Of a DNA stretch of 64,000 nucleotides, positions 39,164-49,558 are shown one piece after another. A model generated the notes under the pieces. The model worked only from the letters and a program-made list of their open reading frames with translations. It made no database searches and was not told where the DNA came from. Where the stretch lies: the NCBI GenBank assembly GCA_965215335.1, contig CBDCDA010000001.1:352001-416000 (forward strand). The letters are read 5' to 3'. This stretch comes from an uncultured Candidatus Entotheonella sp. Lineage in GTDB: Bacteria > Tectomicrobia > Entotheonellia > Entotheonellales > Entotheonellaceae. Numbering within the stretch: position 1 is the stretch's first letter; every line of letters starts with the position of its first letter. The position numbers and the translations under genes were made by a program.

Positions 39164-41671
39164 ATGCGGAATTTCGGCACCATTTTTCGTTGGGAACTGG
39201 CTTCGTATTACCGTTCGGCCATCGGCTACATCTTCATGATCGTTTTCCTGGTGCTCAGCGTCGGGCTGTTCATGACGCCGTTCTTCACGCTGCTGAGCGC
39301 CGACATGCGCAGCTTCTTCAACACCCTGCCGCTCATCATGTGCATCTTCCTGCCGGCGGTGACCATGCGCATCTGGGCCGAGGAGAGGAAGCAGAACACC
39401 TGGGAGATGCTGCTGACCTTTCCGATGCGGCCGCACGAGCTGGTGCTGGGGAAGTTCTTCGCCGGCCTGGTGTTCTTCGTCATTGCGCTGGCCGGCACCC
39501 TGACGATCCCGTGGATGCTGGCGTCGCTCGGCAACCCCGATTTCGGGCCCATTGCCGGGGCGTACCTGGGCACGATTTTGCTGGGCGCCTTTTTCCTGGC
39601 GCTGGGGCTGTTCATATCGAGCCTGTGCAGCGACCAGATCGTGGCCTTCGTGGTGACGCTGCTGGCGTGCTTCGGGCTGTTTTTTCTCGGCACGGAGTTC
39701 CTGGCCCGCCATGTGGACAGCGCCTGGCCGGGGCTGGGGGTGTTCCTGGCCGACGTGGTCGGCTTCACGGGGCATTACAACCCGTTCACGCGCGGCATCG
39801 TGACCATCGGCAACGTCCTGTATTTCATCGTGTGGACGGCGGTGTTCCTGTTCCTGAACGGGCTGTTGCTGGAAATTCGCAGCCGTCCGGCGGCGCGCCG
39901 CACGTTCGCGGGCGCAGTGGTGTTGAGCCTGGGCATCGGCCTGGCGTTCAACTGGATTTTCGCCGGTCAGCATATCGGCCGTTTCGATCTGACGGAAGAC
40001 AGGCTGTACACGCTCTCCGATGCCTCGGTGAAGATTCTGCGCAATCTGGACGTGCCGGTGCAGGTAAAGCTGTACATCACGCCGAGCGACAAGATGCCGA
40101 CCGAAATGCGTTACCTGGAGCGCGACATCCTCGACAAGCTGGAGGAGATGCGGCTGGCCAGCGGCGGCAATCTGGTGATGCGTGCCATTCACATGGAAAC
40201 GGCCAACGTCATCCAGCAGCAAGCACCGGGCGACCTGCCGCCGGAGCCCGAGGACGAAGAGGGCGCGGTGGAGAAGCGGCTGCTGAGCAAGGGGGTGCGG
40301 CCGTTCACGGTGCAGGCGCTGCGCGAGGACGAAGTGATCAACAAGCTGGTGTACGCGGCCATCGGGGTGGCCTACAAGAATCAGGAGGAGGAGATCATCC
40401 CGCGGCTGCTGCCGAACGATCTGGACAACCTGGAGTACCGGCTGATCAACATCGTTTACAAGCTGAGCCGCAAGGAGCAGCCCGTGGTGGCGTTGTTCGC
40501 GCCCAAGCAGGCGGTCAGCATTCCACCGGAGCTGATGGAGCTATACCGGCGCATGAACCGCCCGATCCCGCAGACGGAGGACCCGTATCAAACCCTGGAG
40601 CGCTTGCTGCAGGTCGAGCGTTATGACGTGCGGCGGCTGGATACGGACGGCTCGGCGACCATCGCGCCGGAAGTGGACACCGTGATCGTCATCAACCCTC
40701 GCAGTCTGTCGGACCGACAGCGTTGGGACCTGAATCGCGTCCTGCACGAGGGCAAGTCGGTGTTCCTGGCCGTGCAGAACTACCGCTGGGACTACCACGT
40801 GGAGCAGCAGGTGGTAGCCATGACGCGGCAGGACGAGAACCCGCAGGTGAACGACTGGCTTGGCCATTTCGGGCTGGAGATTGATCCGCAGATTCTCATG
40901 GACGTCAACCACGGGCCGCTGACCATCCGAGGGGGGTCCGATCCGCTGGCCTCGATGCTGGGCGGCGGCATTACCCTGAACCTGCCGATGCACGTCCTGC
41001 TGACACAGGAGTCGATGAACACGGACGTGTCGATTACCAACCGGTTGTCACCGCTGTTCTACCTGTGGGGCAGCGCGCTGAACGTGCGCCCGGAGGTTCT
41101 GGAGGCGAGCGGCTTGGAGCACACGGTGTTGCTGACCACGAGTCCGCTGGCGTGGTCGTTGTCGGAGGACGTGTCCATGACGCCGGAAAGCCTGCAGCGG
41201 CCCGACGTGGCGGGGCAACGCTTCCCGCTGGCGGTGTTGGCGCGCGGGCAGTTTCCCGACGTATACGCCGGTGCAGAGCGTCCGGCCTGGGAGCCACCGC
41301 CGGCGCGGCCCGGCGCTCCGGCGCCGACACCGCCGATGGACGACGGGCCGCTCGGCGACCCGCAGCCGGCGCCCGGCAAGCTGCTGGTGGTGGGCAACGC
41401 GCAGATGTTCCACCGCAATTTTCTCTCCGGCGGCCACGCGGATTTCTTCCTGAACAGCATCGACGCCCTGACGCTGGGGGATGACTTGGTGAACGTGCGC
41501 AGCAAGAAGCGCATTAACCGCAGCATCAGCAAGCCCAGCACGGCGACGCGGCAGTTCTGGCGGGTGATGAACCTGGGGCTGGTGAATCTGGGCATTGCGG
41601 TGGTCGGCATCGGCGGGGCGGTGATCCGGCGGCGGGCTCGGGCGGCCTACACGGCGGCGCAAGCGGCGTAG
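39164..41671 (+). CDS. Fused ABC permease and GldG-like auxiliary domain (GldF-GldG), copy 1
   Basis: AEERKQNTWEMLLTFP..LVLGKF permease; RFDLTEDRLYTLS, LEYRL, FFLNSIDAL GldG-like; C-terminal TM. Confidence 0.9.
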   Translation: MRNFGTIFRWELASYYRSAIGYIFMIVFLVLSVGLFMTPFFTLLSADMRSFFNTLPLIMCIFLPAVTMRIWAEERKQNTWEMLLTFPMRPHELVLGKFFAGLVFFVIALAGTLTIPWMLASLGNPDFGPIAGAYLGTILLGAFFLALGLFISSLCSDQIVAFVVTLLACFGLFFLGTEFLARHVDSAWPGLGVFLADVVGFTGHYNPFTRGIVTIGNVLYFIVWTAVFLFLNGLLLEIRSRPAARRTFAGAVVLSLGIGLAFNWIFAGQHIGRFDLTEDRLYTLSDASVKILRNLDVPVQVKLYITPSDKMPTEMRYLERDILDKLEEMRLASGGNLVMRAIHMETANVIQQQAPGDLPPEPEDEEGAVEKRLLSKGVRPFTVQALREDEVINKLVYAAIGVAYKNQEEEIIPRLLPNDLDNLEYRLINIVYKLSRKEQPVVALFAPKQAVSIPPELMELYRRMNRPIPQTEDPYQTLERLLQVERYDVRRLDTDGSATIAPEVDTVIVINPRSLSDRQRWDLNRVLHEGKSVFLAVQNYRWDYHVEQQVVAMTRQDENPQVNDWLGHFGLEIDPQILMDVNHGPLTIRGGSDPLASMLGGGITLNLPMHVLLTQESMNTDVSITNRLSPLFYLWGSALNVRPEVLEASGLEHTVLLTTSPLAWSLSEDVSMTPESLQRPDVAGQRFPLAVLARGQFPDVYAGAERPAWEPPPARPGAPAPTPPMDDGPLGDPQPAPGKLLVVGNAQMFHRNFLSGGHADFFLNSIDALTLGDDLVNVRSKKRINRSISKPSTATRQFWRVMNLGLVNLGIAVVGIGGAVIRRRARAAYTAAQAA

Positions 41672-41731
41672 TAAACCGGACGCCGGATCGCTGAGCGGAC
41701 GGCGTCGAATGCGGGGAAAAGGGATCGTGGA

Positions 41732-43639
41732 ATGAGTGGTAAGCGGTTGTTGCCCCTGGCGGCAGTTCTGGTTGTGCTGGTGATCGTGGCGCTGATGGTC
41801 AAACGTCAAGCGGCGCCGACGCGCCTGGTGGACGAGGTAGGCTGGGAACGTCTGACGCCGGATTCGCTGCGGGCGGCGGCGATCAGCGGGGTGGACCTGT
41901 ACCAAGGCAGTCAGCCGGCTCAGGTGCTGAGCCTGCGGCGGCAGGGAGACAGCTGGCAGGTGCCGAGTTACTTCAACGCCCCGGTACGGCCGGAAAGAAT
42001 CGAGGTGCTGCTGGAGCAGGTCCGTGACCTGGAGGGCGAGTTGCGCGCCGATCGCGCCGAGCTGCTGGGTGAGTTCGGCCTGGAGGAGGATCAAGCGCTG
42101 CACTTGCGCGTCTACGCCGATAATGAGACGGAACCGGCGCTTCACCTGCTGGCCGGCAAGGGCGGCCGACGGAGCGGTTTCGTGCGCTTGCTGGACGATT
42201 CGCGGGTGTACAACGTCGATCTGAACCTGCACAGCGTGGCCGGGCTGTGGGGCGAGAACCTCGGCAACGTGCCGGAAGCCCAAACGTGGTTGCAACTGCG
42301 GATGAACGATATTCCGAGTGAAGAGGTGGCGAGTCTGGAACTGGCGTCGCCACGTGGCCATTTCCGGTTCTCGCGCGCCGAAGCCGAGGCTGAGGCGGAA
42401 ACGAGGCGGCCATGGCGCGTAGAGGTGCCGGACGTCGACTACGAGGTGAGCCAGCAACGGCTCGATCGCCTCGCGGTGACTCTGGGCACGCTGCGTGCCG
42501 ACGACGTCGTCGATGGCAGCAACATGGCGGAATACGGGCTGGCGGACAGCGTTTACCGGGCCACTCTGACCGTGCAATCGGGTGACGAGGCGGCGCGCCG
42601 GGTGGGCCTGCGGTTCGGTCACGAAATTCCGGGTCCCGATATGGATGGCGCGCGTTACGCCAGTCTGGAGGGGAGCGAGACCGTTTACGCGGTGCCCGGT
42701 TGGTCGTTCCGGCAACTCTTTCCCAAGGGCAGGGCGCTGCTGAAGCTGCCGGGTCTGAGGCTGAAAAAGGACGATATGCGGCAGATTGCCTTGTTTTCCG
42801 CCGGCAACACGGTACGGCTGTCGCGCGCCGTCGCCGGGCCGGACGCGGCTGCGGAAGGGGAGGCGGGCACTTCGCCGGCTGCCTGGGAGACGGACGAGCC
42901 GTCGCTGGGCTTTGCAGTGAAGCAGGACGGCGTGGAAGCCCTGGCCGAATTCCTGGCACGCTTCGTGCCCGACGGCCTGGCACCAGCGAACGGCGCTGCC
43001 GTTCCCGCTGCCGATTCGGTGCCGCGAGTGGAGATTACCATGCAGGACGCCTCGCGCCACCTGATTCACCTGGCTGCCGAACCCGCCGTCCCGGCTGGAC
43101 AGGTCGTGTACGTCAGCGGTCAGGACCTCCCGTTCGTCATTGAAGACGCCACCCGCGCGGCGTTGTTTCCGGCGTTGGGCACCTTGATGGAACTACCCCT
43201 CCTGCCCATACAGCCGCAGGACGTCATCGGCCTGACCTGGCAGCAGGCGGACGGCGCCTGGACGCTGGCGCGCCGAGCCGATGCCGAGCCTGACGCCGAA
43301 ATGCCCGCTCCCTGGCAGTTTCCCGAGGCGCCCGAAACGCCCGTGAACGCCCAGGCGGTCAACGAACTCCTGGTTACCACCGCCGGTCTCGCTGCCGACG
43401 ACTGGTTCGAGACTCCGTCTGTTGCCGCACTCGATGACCCCCTCCTCGTGGTCACCCTGACCCGTAGCGACGGTGCTCGCGCTCGTATCACCGTCGGCCC
43501 GCCGCTCGCCGATTCTCAAGATCACTTCGCCCGCTTCGAAGGCGCCCCCGGCCTGTTCGTGCTGTCCTCCGACACCTACGGCAAGCTGACCGATGCCCTC
43601 GGCAAGGTTCGTCCCGACACGGGGCCTGCGGCGCCGTAG
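41732..43639 (+). CDS. DUF4340 repeat protein
   Basis: N-terminal TM; repeated W...V..L...L.A...(F/Y)GL modules; usual third gene of Gld-like ABC operons. Confidence 0.8.
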   Translation: MSGKRLLPLAAVLVVLVIVALMVKRQAAPTRLVDEVGWERLTPDSLRAAAISGVDLYQGSQPAQVLSLRRQGDSWQVPSYFNAPVRPERIEVLLEQVRDLEGELRADRAELLGEFGLEEDQALHLRVYADNETEPALHLLAGKGGRRSGFVRLLDDSRVYNVDLNLHSVAGLWGENLGNVPEAQTWLQLRMNDIPSEEVASLELASPRGHFRFSRAEAEAEAETRRPWRVEVPDVDYEVSQQRLDRLAVTLGTLRADDVVDGSNMAEYGLADSVYRATLTVQSGDEAARRVGLRFGHEIPGPDMDGARYASLEGSETVYAVPGWSFRQLFPKGRALLKLPGLRLKKDDMRQIALFSAGNTVRLSRAVAGPDAAAEGEAGTSPAAWETDEPSLGFAVKQDGVEALAEFLARFVPDGLAPANGAAVPAADSVPRVEITMQDASRHLIHLAAEPAVPAGQVVYVSGQDLPFVIEDATRAALFPALGTLMELPLLPIQPQDVIGLTWQQADGAWTLARRADAEPDAEMPAPWQFPEAPETPVNAQAVNELLVTTAGLAADDWFETPSVAALDDPLLVVTLTRSDGARARITVGPPLADSQDHFARFEGAPGLFVLSSDTYGKLTDALGKVRPDTGPAAP

Positions 43640-43699
43640 GTTGTCGTCTGCAATCGCACGGTCGTGGCATGCCTTTGCCGAGATAAGCCGTGCCTCGAT

Positions 43700-44110
43700 T
43701 GCTTTGCCCAGCCGGTACTCCACGAGCGCCGACCAGCCCACGATATCGACAACGCGCACCAGTTGTGGTGTCGAATCTTCAGAGCCGTCAAGCCCTGGAG
43801 CGCTACAGGCGGCGATGGCAGATCGAGGTGCTCTTCGAGGCGCTCGAATCCAGAGGGTCCAACCTGGAAGCGACCCACTTGCGGGATGCCAAGCGTTTGG
43901 AGCCGTCAGCGCCGGCTTGTTGCTGGGCCTGTCAGGTGGGAACCTGGCGGCATGCGGTCAAGCCGGTTGCGCTCAAGACGCATCAGAGACCCGCGGAGAG
44001 CCTGTTTCGCCATGGCTTTGACGGCATTCGGCAAGCCGTTCTCGATTTGGGAGATCCGTGCCATGGCGGCCTCCCGTCGTTCTTGGCGCGCCCCTGGCCC
44101 ACGGTGAATT
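43700..44110 (+). mobile_element. IS4-family transposase C-terminal remnant
   Basis: YRRRWQIEVLFEALESRGSNLEATHL (YREK-type motif), KTHQRPAESLFRHG. Confidence 0.75.
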
Positions 44111-44351
44111 TTGACGGGTCCGGTTCGCTTTCATCGCCACGAGGGGGCAGGCCCCTCATATAGGCTTGATAGTCAAACTCGGGTTCTGGCTCTGTATTCA
44201 TGGAGCAACCTCCCTGTGGTTCTGCCCCACCGAATCTGCCATCTCGTATCCATTCGGGTCGTCAAACGCGAACCGCCTCATAAAACCGGACTTGGTGATT
44301 CTTTTGGACTTCCCGATATTTGTCCTCGTCCCAGACAAAGCCGATATCCAC
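44105..44351 (-). pseudogene. Degenerate BrnT-like toxin and start of the downstream antitoxin-like gene
   Basis: GTG 44351 DIGFVWDEDKYREVQKNHQVRFYEAV / AFDDPNGYE with frameshift; ATGA overlap into MNTEPEPEFDY, which runs into the IS4 remnant. Confidence 0.55.
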
Positions 44352-44536
44352 GCTACGGACCCCATGCCATCCTTATATCCCGCCTCATATCCCGCCTCGG
44401 CCGCGATTCAGATATCTTCCTCACGCCGTCAGTCCGTAGAACGCATAGATCAGTCGCTCAATCCGCACGGACGCAGGGTCTGTGCCAAAGACCGTGATGA
44501 TTGGGAATTGGGCGGGAAACCGTTCGACCTTTTCAG

Positions 44537-47500
44537 TCAGCTTTGCGGACGGGACGCTTGACCTGCCCCGGCTCTGGACGTCCGAAAAGACACCTGTTCT
44601 ATCAAGGTTTTTCTGATGTCCTCCTGCTTGTCAGCGAATCCGAGGCAACTGGCAACCATTTCGTCGATGAACAGGTGCTCTCTTGTGAAGACTTCTTCGC
44701 GGACTGGCAGGGGCTTCCGGTATTGGATGTCCTTGAAGACTTGCTTTGCTTCCGCGGCAAAATCGAAGTCGAAATTCATCGGCAGTACCTTCATTTCGGT
44801 CGCCTCGGCTTTGAGCATGCCACCTCCCAGGTTTTTCCGGCCCGTGATTTCACGGAACAGCCATACCAGAGAGGAGTTCAGATAGGCCCAGAGACAATAG
44901 TGGATGTCTGTGTCCCAAAGTTCCGTGGGCAAATATAACTCGACATGGCTGTATGAATACGCTTTGCATCGATTGAAGGTGCAATAATACCGATTTCCTA
45001 TGCCACGCGGCATAATGAGCGCTGGCACCTTGCCAGTTCTACTGTCTCCCACTTCACGTTCACGTATCATGCCGTCTGTTGAAGTGGCAACAAAATCCGA
45101 ATCTTTCACGATAACCGGAACAGTAGCCTCCATGTCATTCAACGCCGCCTTGGGAAAGTTCAAGCCTTGGCCAACTGAGAACTGATTCCCCTTTCGCGAT
45201 ATGGACCGCAGTCTTTCCAGGATGTGCGCGTAAAACTGCGGCATCGAAAAGACATGCCCCCACTTCATTCCCTGCTTCGCCGTAATGGTTCTGACCGGGG
45301 TAACCGTCATGCCAGCATCCGCGACACCATACGCTATCTTGTCGAGTGGTTTCCTTGTGAACATGGTGATAACCGCATTTATGTTCTGACTCTTGACATC
45401 GGAGAAAAACTTGGCGGACGTGTCTATGATTCTCTCGAACGAGAACCTTCCAAGCGAAAAGTCTTGGAATTTCTTGCCATAATCAGTGCTGAGCCAAGCG
45501 TTCTGCGTTATGAAGCAGCCAATGCCGCCTTGGCTGAGAAACTTCACTGAACGGGGGTAGAAGTAAACGAGCAGGTCACTACCACGCGGCAGGGTATCTC
45601 CCCAATCAACCCAAACTTGTGAGCGGTAGACCTCTTTTAGTTCAGGAGTCAGCAGGCTATTCCTTGCCTCCACATACGGCGGGTTGCCGATAACCACATC
45701 GAAGCCACCGTCCACGCCGAACATGTACTCGGCGTCGAACCAGTCGGCCTTGGCGTTCTGGTCGTAGGGATCCCACCGCGCGATTTTGCTGGCGTCATCT
45801 TCGGGAAGCCCGGCGGCATGTAACGTTTCCGCCAGCTCTTGACGCAATTTCCCGTCTTCGTTCCTGCACATCCGTTTTTCCCGGCGTGTAGTGGCGTGAA
45901 AGTGCCGCTCGCGGTTTTCCGCCAGTTTCGTTTTCAGGGTCTCGATCCGCTGGCGAAACAGGTCGAGCTGGGCGAGTGGCTTGAGATGCAGCAGGGCATC
46001 CGCGGCCACGAAGCGCGTCTCCAGATTCGGCAACGGCTTGATGCCGAAGTTCCTGGCGTCTCGGTCCGGCTCCTGTTCAATCGCCAGCGAGATGAAAAAG
46101 CGCAGCCTGGCGATCTGGCAGGCGATAGGCTGGACGTCGACGCCAAAGATGCTGTTCTGAATCAGGTACAGCTTGCGCCCGAAGTCTGAATCGCGGTAGC
46201 GCTCGAACGTATGGCTGATGTCGGCCAGTTCGTCATCGTGCTCTTGCCGGGTTGGCGCATCAAAGGCTGCCGCTGCCCGCCTCATGGCCCGCTCCCTTTG
46301 CACAGTTTTCCAATGCTCGTTGTGCGGGTCGAGTCGTTTCAGCGCCAGGGTCAGCTTGTGCAGGACGCCCATGGGGAAGGCGCCGGAACCCACCGCCGGG
46401 TCCAGCACCTTGAGTTCGGCGATGGCGCAGACCAGTCCCGCGACTTCCTCTGCGTCGAACAGATCATGGGCGTCGTTGAACGCCGCCGCATAATCCAGCA
46501 GGTAGCGCAACCGATCCTGCCAGAACTCCAGGCCGCCGACGGTCGGCTGGCATGTCTGCGCCAGCGTCGCCACCAGCGCCTCGTCCACCATGTAGTCCAC
46601 GACGACGCGCGGCGTGTAGTACGAGCCGGTCTGTTTGCGGGCGGTTTGTCGGGTTTCCGGGTTCCAGGCGGCCAGCAGGTTCTCGAACACCTTGCCCAGA
46701 AGCTCCGGGTCCAGGGCGACTTCCTGCTCGACCGGCGTGTTTTCCTCCACCGTGAACTTGTAGCGGTCGAACAGGGTAATCAGCCCGTTATCGTCAAAAA
46801 ACAGGCGGTTGGGGATGGACAGGAGACCGTAATCCTTGCTTCTGGGATTCGTCACGTTGTCCGTGAAGCAGTCCATGCGGTAACCGCCGTCTGTCTTAGC
46901 TTCTTCGCTGTCCAGGCAATCAAACAGGCCGCCGTTGATGAACGGCGTTCGGGCGAACAAGGCCAGCAGCTTCTCCGGGTCAGCCATCTCCCGTTCGTAC
47001 CGGTACAACGAAAAATTCCGGTGGGTGGCATTTTTCACCCGGCTGAAACCGCGCTTGTCCGTCTCGGTGTTCAGGGTGGCGAAGAACAGGTTTTGCAACA
47101 CGGCACGGTAGTAGGAATCGCCTCTCACGTCGTAGTCGTTCAGCAGGCGGTTGACCTGCCCCTCGACGAACAGGTCGCCAGCGATCAATCCCTTTTCTTT
47201 CATGAACCAGACGAACAGCAGGCGGGTGATCAGACGGATCAGGTGCTCTTGCGGCGACAGGGTCGTGGCCTGATCGGTGGGGAACGCGGCTTCTTCGCCG
47301 GCGCGCCCGAACCAGCCGGACAGCTCCCGGTAGAACCGTCGATTCAGTTCTTCGGTGTCCAGCGCGTCCAGCCAGGCGGCCAGCAGGCCGTCGAAATTGA
47401 CCGGCTTGCCGTGCGCTTCCATCCAGGCCAACCGATTGGCCAGTGCGAGGTCTTCCAGAATGTCCAGATGGGCGCGATGCGGGCTGGCCGGATCGATCTC

Positions 47501-48019
47501 GCGGACCAGCGACACGCTGCCGAGTACGTCGCGGTTCGGGTCGTGCTTGTGGGGTCGGCGATGCACGAAGGCGAGGGTGAGCAGGTTGGCGGCGGTCTTG
47601 AGCAACACCACCGTCGGCATGGGAAACGGCTTGTTGATCTCGCGGGTAAACTGTGCGTAGCGCCCGCGGGAATAGTGCTGCCCCTTCAGCGCCGCGGCGA
47701 TGAACAGGAAGCTGCTGGCGTTGCCATCATCGAAGCGGCCGGTGTCGATCAAAGAGCGTTGCCCCGAGGCGGCAACCTCCGCGTCGGTGACCTGAAAGAC
47801 AACGCGCGTGGACACCGCCTGCTCAAGCAACGTCTGTTTTTGACTGGTATCAGGCATCTCGCCGAACAAGGCGGCCGGGTCGCCCGTCTGCCCGGGCAGT
47901 GTGCGCTCGCTGCGATAGCCCAACACCTCCAGCAGGTCGTGCGCCACGGCGTGGAATGCGTCTTTCGGCAGGCGTCGCAGAACGTCCTGAATGCGGTTTG
48001 CGGTGTCCTGCCAGGTCAT
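44537..48019 (-). CDS. Eco57I/type IIG-like amino (N6-adenine) DNA methyltransferase with TRD
   Basis: PFINGGLF, LGKVFENLL, GSYYTP, VLDPAVGSGAF (motif I), FDVVIGNPPY (motif IV). Confidence 0.92.
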   Translation of the reverse strand: MTWQDTANRIQDVLRRLPKDAFHAVAHDLLEVLGYRSERTLPGQTGDPAALFGEMPDTSQKQTLLEQAVSTRVVFQVTDAEVAASGQRSLIDTGRFDDGNASSFLFIAAALKGQHYSRGRYAQFTREINKPFPMPTVVLLKTAANLLTLAFVHRRPHKHDPNRDVLGSVSLVREIDPASPHRAHLDILEDLALANRLAWMEAHGKPVNFDGLLAAWLDALDTEELNRRFYRELSGWFGRAGEEAAFPTDQATTLSPQEHLIRLITRLLFVWFMKEKGLIAGDLFVEGQVNRLLNDYDVRGDSYYRAVLQNLFFATLNTETDKRGFSRVKNATHRNFSLYRYEREMADPEKLLALFARTPFINGGLFDCLDSEEAKTDGGYRMDCFTDNVTNPRSKDYGLLSIPNRLFFDDNGLITLFDRYKFTVEENTPVEQEVALDPELLGKVFENLLAAWNPETRQTARKQTGSYYTPRVVVDYMVDEALVATLAQTCQPTVGGLEFWQDRLRYLLDYAAAFNDAHDLFDAEEVAGLVCAIAELKVLDPAVGSGAFPMGVLHKLTLALKRLDPHNEHWKTVQRERAMRRAAAAFDAPTRQEHDDELADISHTFERYRDSDFGRKLYLIQNSIFGVDVQPIACQIARLRFFISLAIEQEPDRDARNFGIKPLPNLETRFVAADALLHLKPLAQLDLFRQRIETLKTKLAENRERHFHATTRREKRMCRNEDGKLRQELAETLHAAGLPEDDASKIARWDPYDQNAKADWFDAEYMFGVDGGFDVVIGNPPYVEARNSLLTPELKEVYRSQVWVDWGDTLPRGSDLLVYFYPRSVKFLSQGGIGCFITQNAWLSTDYGKKFQDFSLGRFSFERIIDTSAKFFSDVKSQNINAVITMFTRKPLDKIAYGVADAGMTVTPVRTITAKQGMKWGHVFSMPQFYAHILERLRSISRKGNQFSVGQGLNFPKAALNDMEATVPVIVKDSDFVATSTDGMIREREVGDSRTGKVPALIMPRGIGNRYYCTFNRCKAYSYSHVELYLPTELWDTDIHYCLWAYLNSSLVWLFREITGRKNLGGGMLKAEATEMKVLPMNFDFDFAAEAKQVFKDIQYRKPLPVREEVFTREHLFIDEMVASCLGFADKQEDIRKTLIEQVSFRTSRAGAGQASRPQS

Positions 48020-48103
48020 GGTGGGTTCTTTCCTGCCTGCCCGATCAGATGGGAGAAGGGGCCTGGTTTCATTTCGTTCAGTGGCGATGGTAATGGGTAT
48101 CCA

Positions 48104-48490
48104 TCAGAGTGCCTGGATGGGGCCGGGATAGCGAACGACCTTGTCGTCGGTGGTTAGCAGCGTGATATTTTCCACTCGTGCCTGTGCTATGAGCATGCGG
48201 TCGAAGGGGTCATTGTGAATGGGTGGCAGAAGGCCAACGGTGAGTGCGTGTCGGGATCGAATGGCAAGTTCGCTGTAACCGTTTTGTATCAGGCCGTCTC
48301 GCAATTGCCGGGGTTCAACGCGAAAGTCACTTCTGCCGAGCGCGTTTTTGATGACGACCTCCCAGATGCTTACGGTACTGAACATCAACTTTGTGGTGGG
48401 GTTGCCGAGAAGGGCCTGGGATTCTGAGGTGAGCCGTCCGGGGTCACTCGCCACCCACAGCAACAGATGGGTATCCAGCAAAAATGTCAT
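48104..48490 (-). CDS. vapC: VapC family PIN-domain toxin
   Basis: LLDTHLLLW, STVSIWEVVIK, HNDPFDRMLIAQA, LLTTD. Confidence 0.92.
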   Translation of the reverse strand: MTFLLDTHLLLWVASDPGRLTSESQALLGNPTTKLMFSTVSIWEVVIKNALGRSDFRVEPRQLRDGLIQNGYSELAIRSRHALTVGLLPPIHNDPFDRMLIAQARVENITLLTTDDKVVRYPGPIQAL

Positions 48491-48491
48491 G

Positions 48492-49406
48492 CTACCCTCC
48501 GAACATCTTCTCTATTTCAGAATCGCCCATACTGTCGAAGTCGTCCGGGACTTCGATTTGTCCGGCCATGAAACCCAAGCGAGATGCAACCGTTTCGTCC
48601 GCAGGTTCAAAGCCAAACTCGCGCCGCAGACGGCCGTAGGCATCTTGTGCCTCGGGACAGCCCCTTGCGACAGCCTCCCGTAGCTGCTTCAAGTCCGCCC
48701 CGCTGTAGAGGAGGTCCACCGTATCGGCAATAAAATCCTGGATATGAGGCTCTCTCACGTCCTGCTGTACAGCCCACCGCCAGAACTTCGCCATGCGTTC
48801 ATCGCCAGGATGGCTGTAATCCCCCGGTTGCAGACCTGCAACTGCCCAGGACTTGCCTAAACGGAGGTCGGGATTCACGGAATCCTGATAAGACCATATT
48901 CGTAGTCCTGCCATGAGGGCCGCACAAATAAATGCCCCATTGGAGGTGTAGCGGTCACGCCTTGTTGTGCCTCCGTTTTCCTCGCGATATTTGTCCATCT
49001 CGTGTAAATACGATTCGACTTCGTGCTTGAGGGCATAGCTCGAACGTTTGCGCGGGGCCGGTCCATTGAAGCGACGTGCCCAGCCACACCCCTTCAAGCG
49101 ATAGCCGAGAGACACCCGGGCTTCTACAAAGTACTCCAGCGTGTTGCGAATACCCTTCTCATGCCGTCCGCCTGTCCGCAACTCATCTCGTGCCGCCTCC
49201 AAATTGTCGGGAATATGCTCGGTCTCCCAACGCCCCAGGGGCTTGCCATCTGCCGAAAGAATGCGACGGCGGCGACGGACTTGTCCCAGGCCATGTGAAT
49301 TGAGCAAGGGATAGGTTGCCAAAACCCGCTCACGTTCCGAGTCAAAAAAACCCGAGTCCGAAAGCAATCTGGCCACCTTTAACCAAAAGTGATGGGTTTT
49401 AGTCAT
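48492..49406 (-). CDS. Chimeric hypothetical protein with a C-terminal antitoxin-like tail
   Basis: SSYALKH...YTSNGAFICAAL domain, helical YozE-like segment, then RLGFMAGQIEVPDDFDSMGDSEIEKMFGG; stop 1 nt before vapC; AGGGAG RBS. Confidence 0.75.
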   Translation of the reverse strand: MTKTHHFWLKVARLLSDSGFFDSERERVLATYPLLNSHGLGQVRRRRRILSADGKPLGRWETEHIPDNLEAARDELRTGGRHEKGIRNTLEYFVEARVSLGYRLKGCGWARRFNGPAPRKRSSYALKHEVESYLHEMDKYREENGGTTRRDRYTSNGAFICAALMAGLRIWSYQDSVNPDLRLGKSWAVAGLQPGDYSHPGDERMAKFWRWAVQQDVREPHIQDFIADTVDLLYSGADLKQLREAVARGCPEAQDAYGRLRREFGFEPADETVASRLGFMAGQIEVPDDFDSMGDSEIEKMFGG

Positions 49407-49420
49407 GAAAAACTCCCTGT

Positions 49421-49486
49421 ATTTAGACTAAATGCCCTGTAATTTGATCAAGTAGAGAAAATACGGATGCTTGCTCGATTTGTCAA
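49421..49486 (-). promoter_or_regulatory. Putative promoter and operator for the antitoxin-like/vapC cassette
   Basis: TTGACA (49481-49486)-17 nt-TATTTT (49458-49463); palindrome ATTTAG-A-CTAAAT at 49421-49433 flanked by CCCTGT repeats. Confidence 0.55.
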
Positions 49487-49558
49487 AAGAGCCGCAGCTT
49501 TTACTCGGTTGAGGTGTGCCTGATCTGTCTTGAAAATCGTGCCCGAATTCCTGTGGTT

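Noticed and set aside
38200..43639. Gliding motility function for the Gld-like ABC genes
   Set aside because: The family is widespread in non-gliding bacteria and no other gld/spr genes are present
44375..44398. Tandem ATATCCCGCCTC x2
   Set aside because: Only two adjacent copies with no spacers; not CRISPR, probably slippage in decayed DNA
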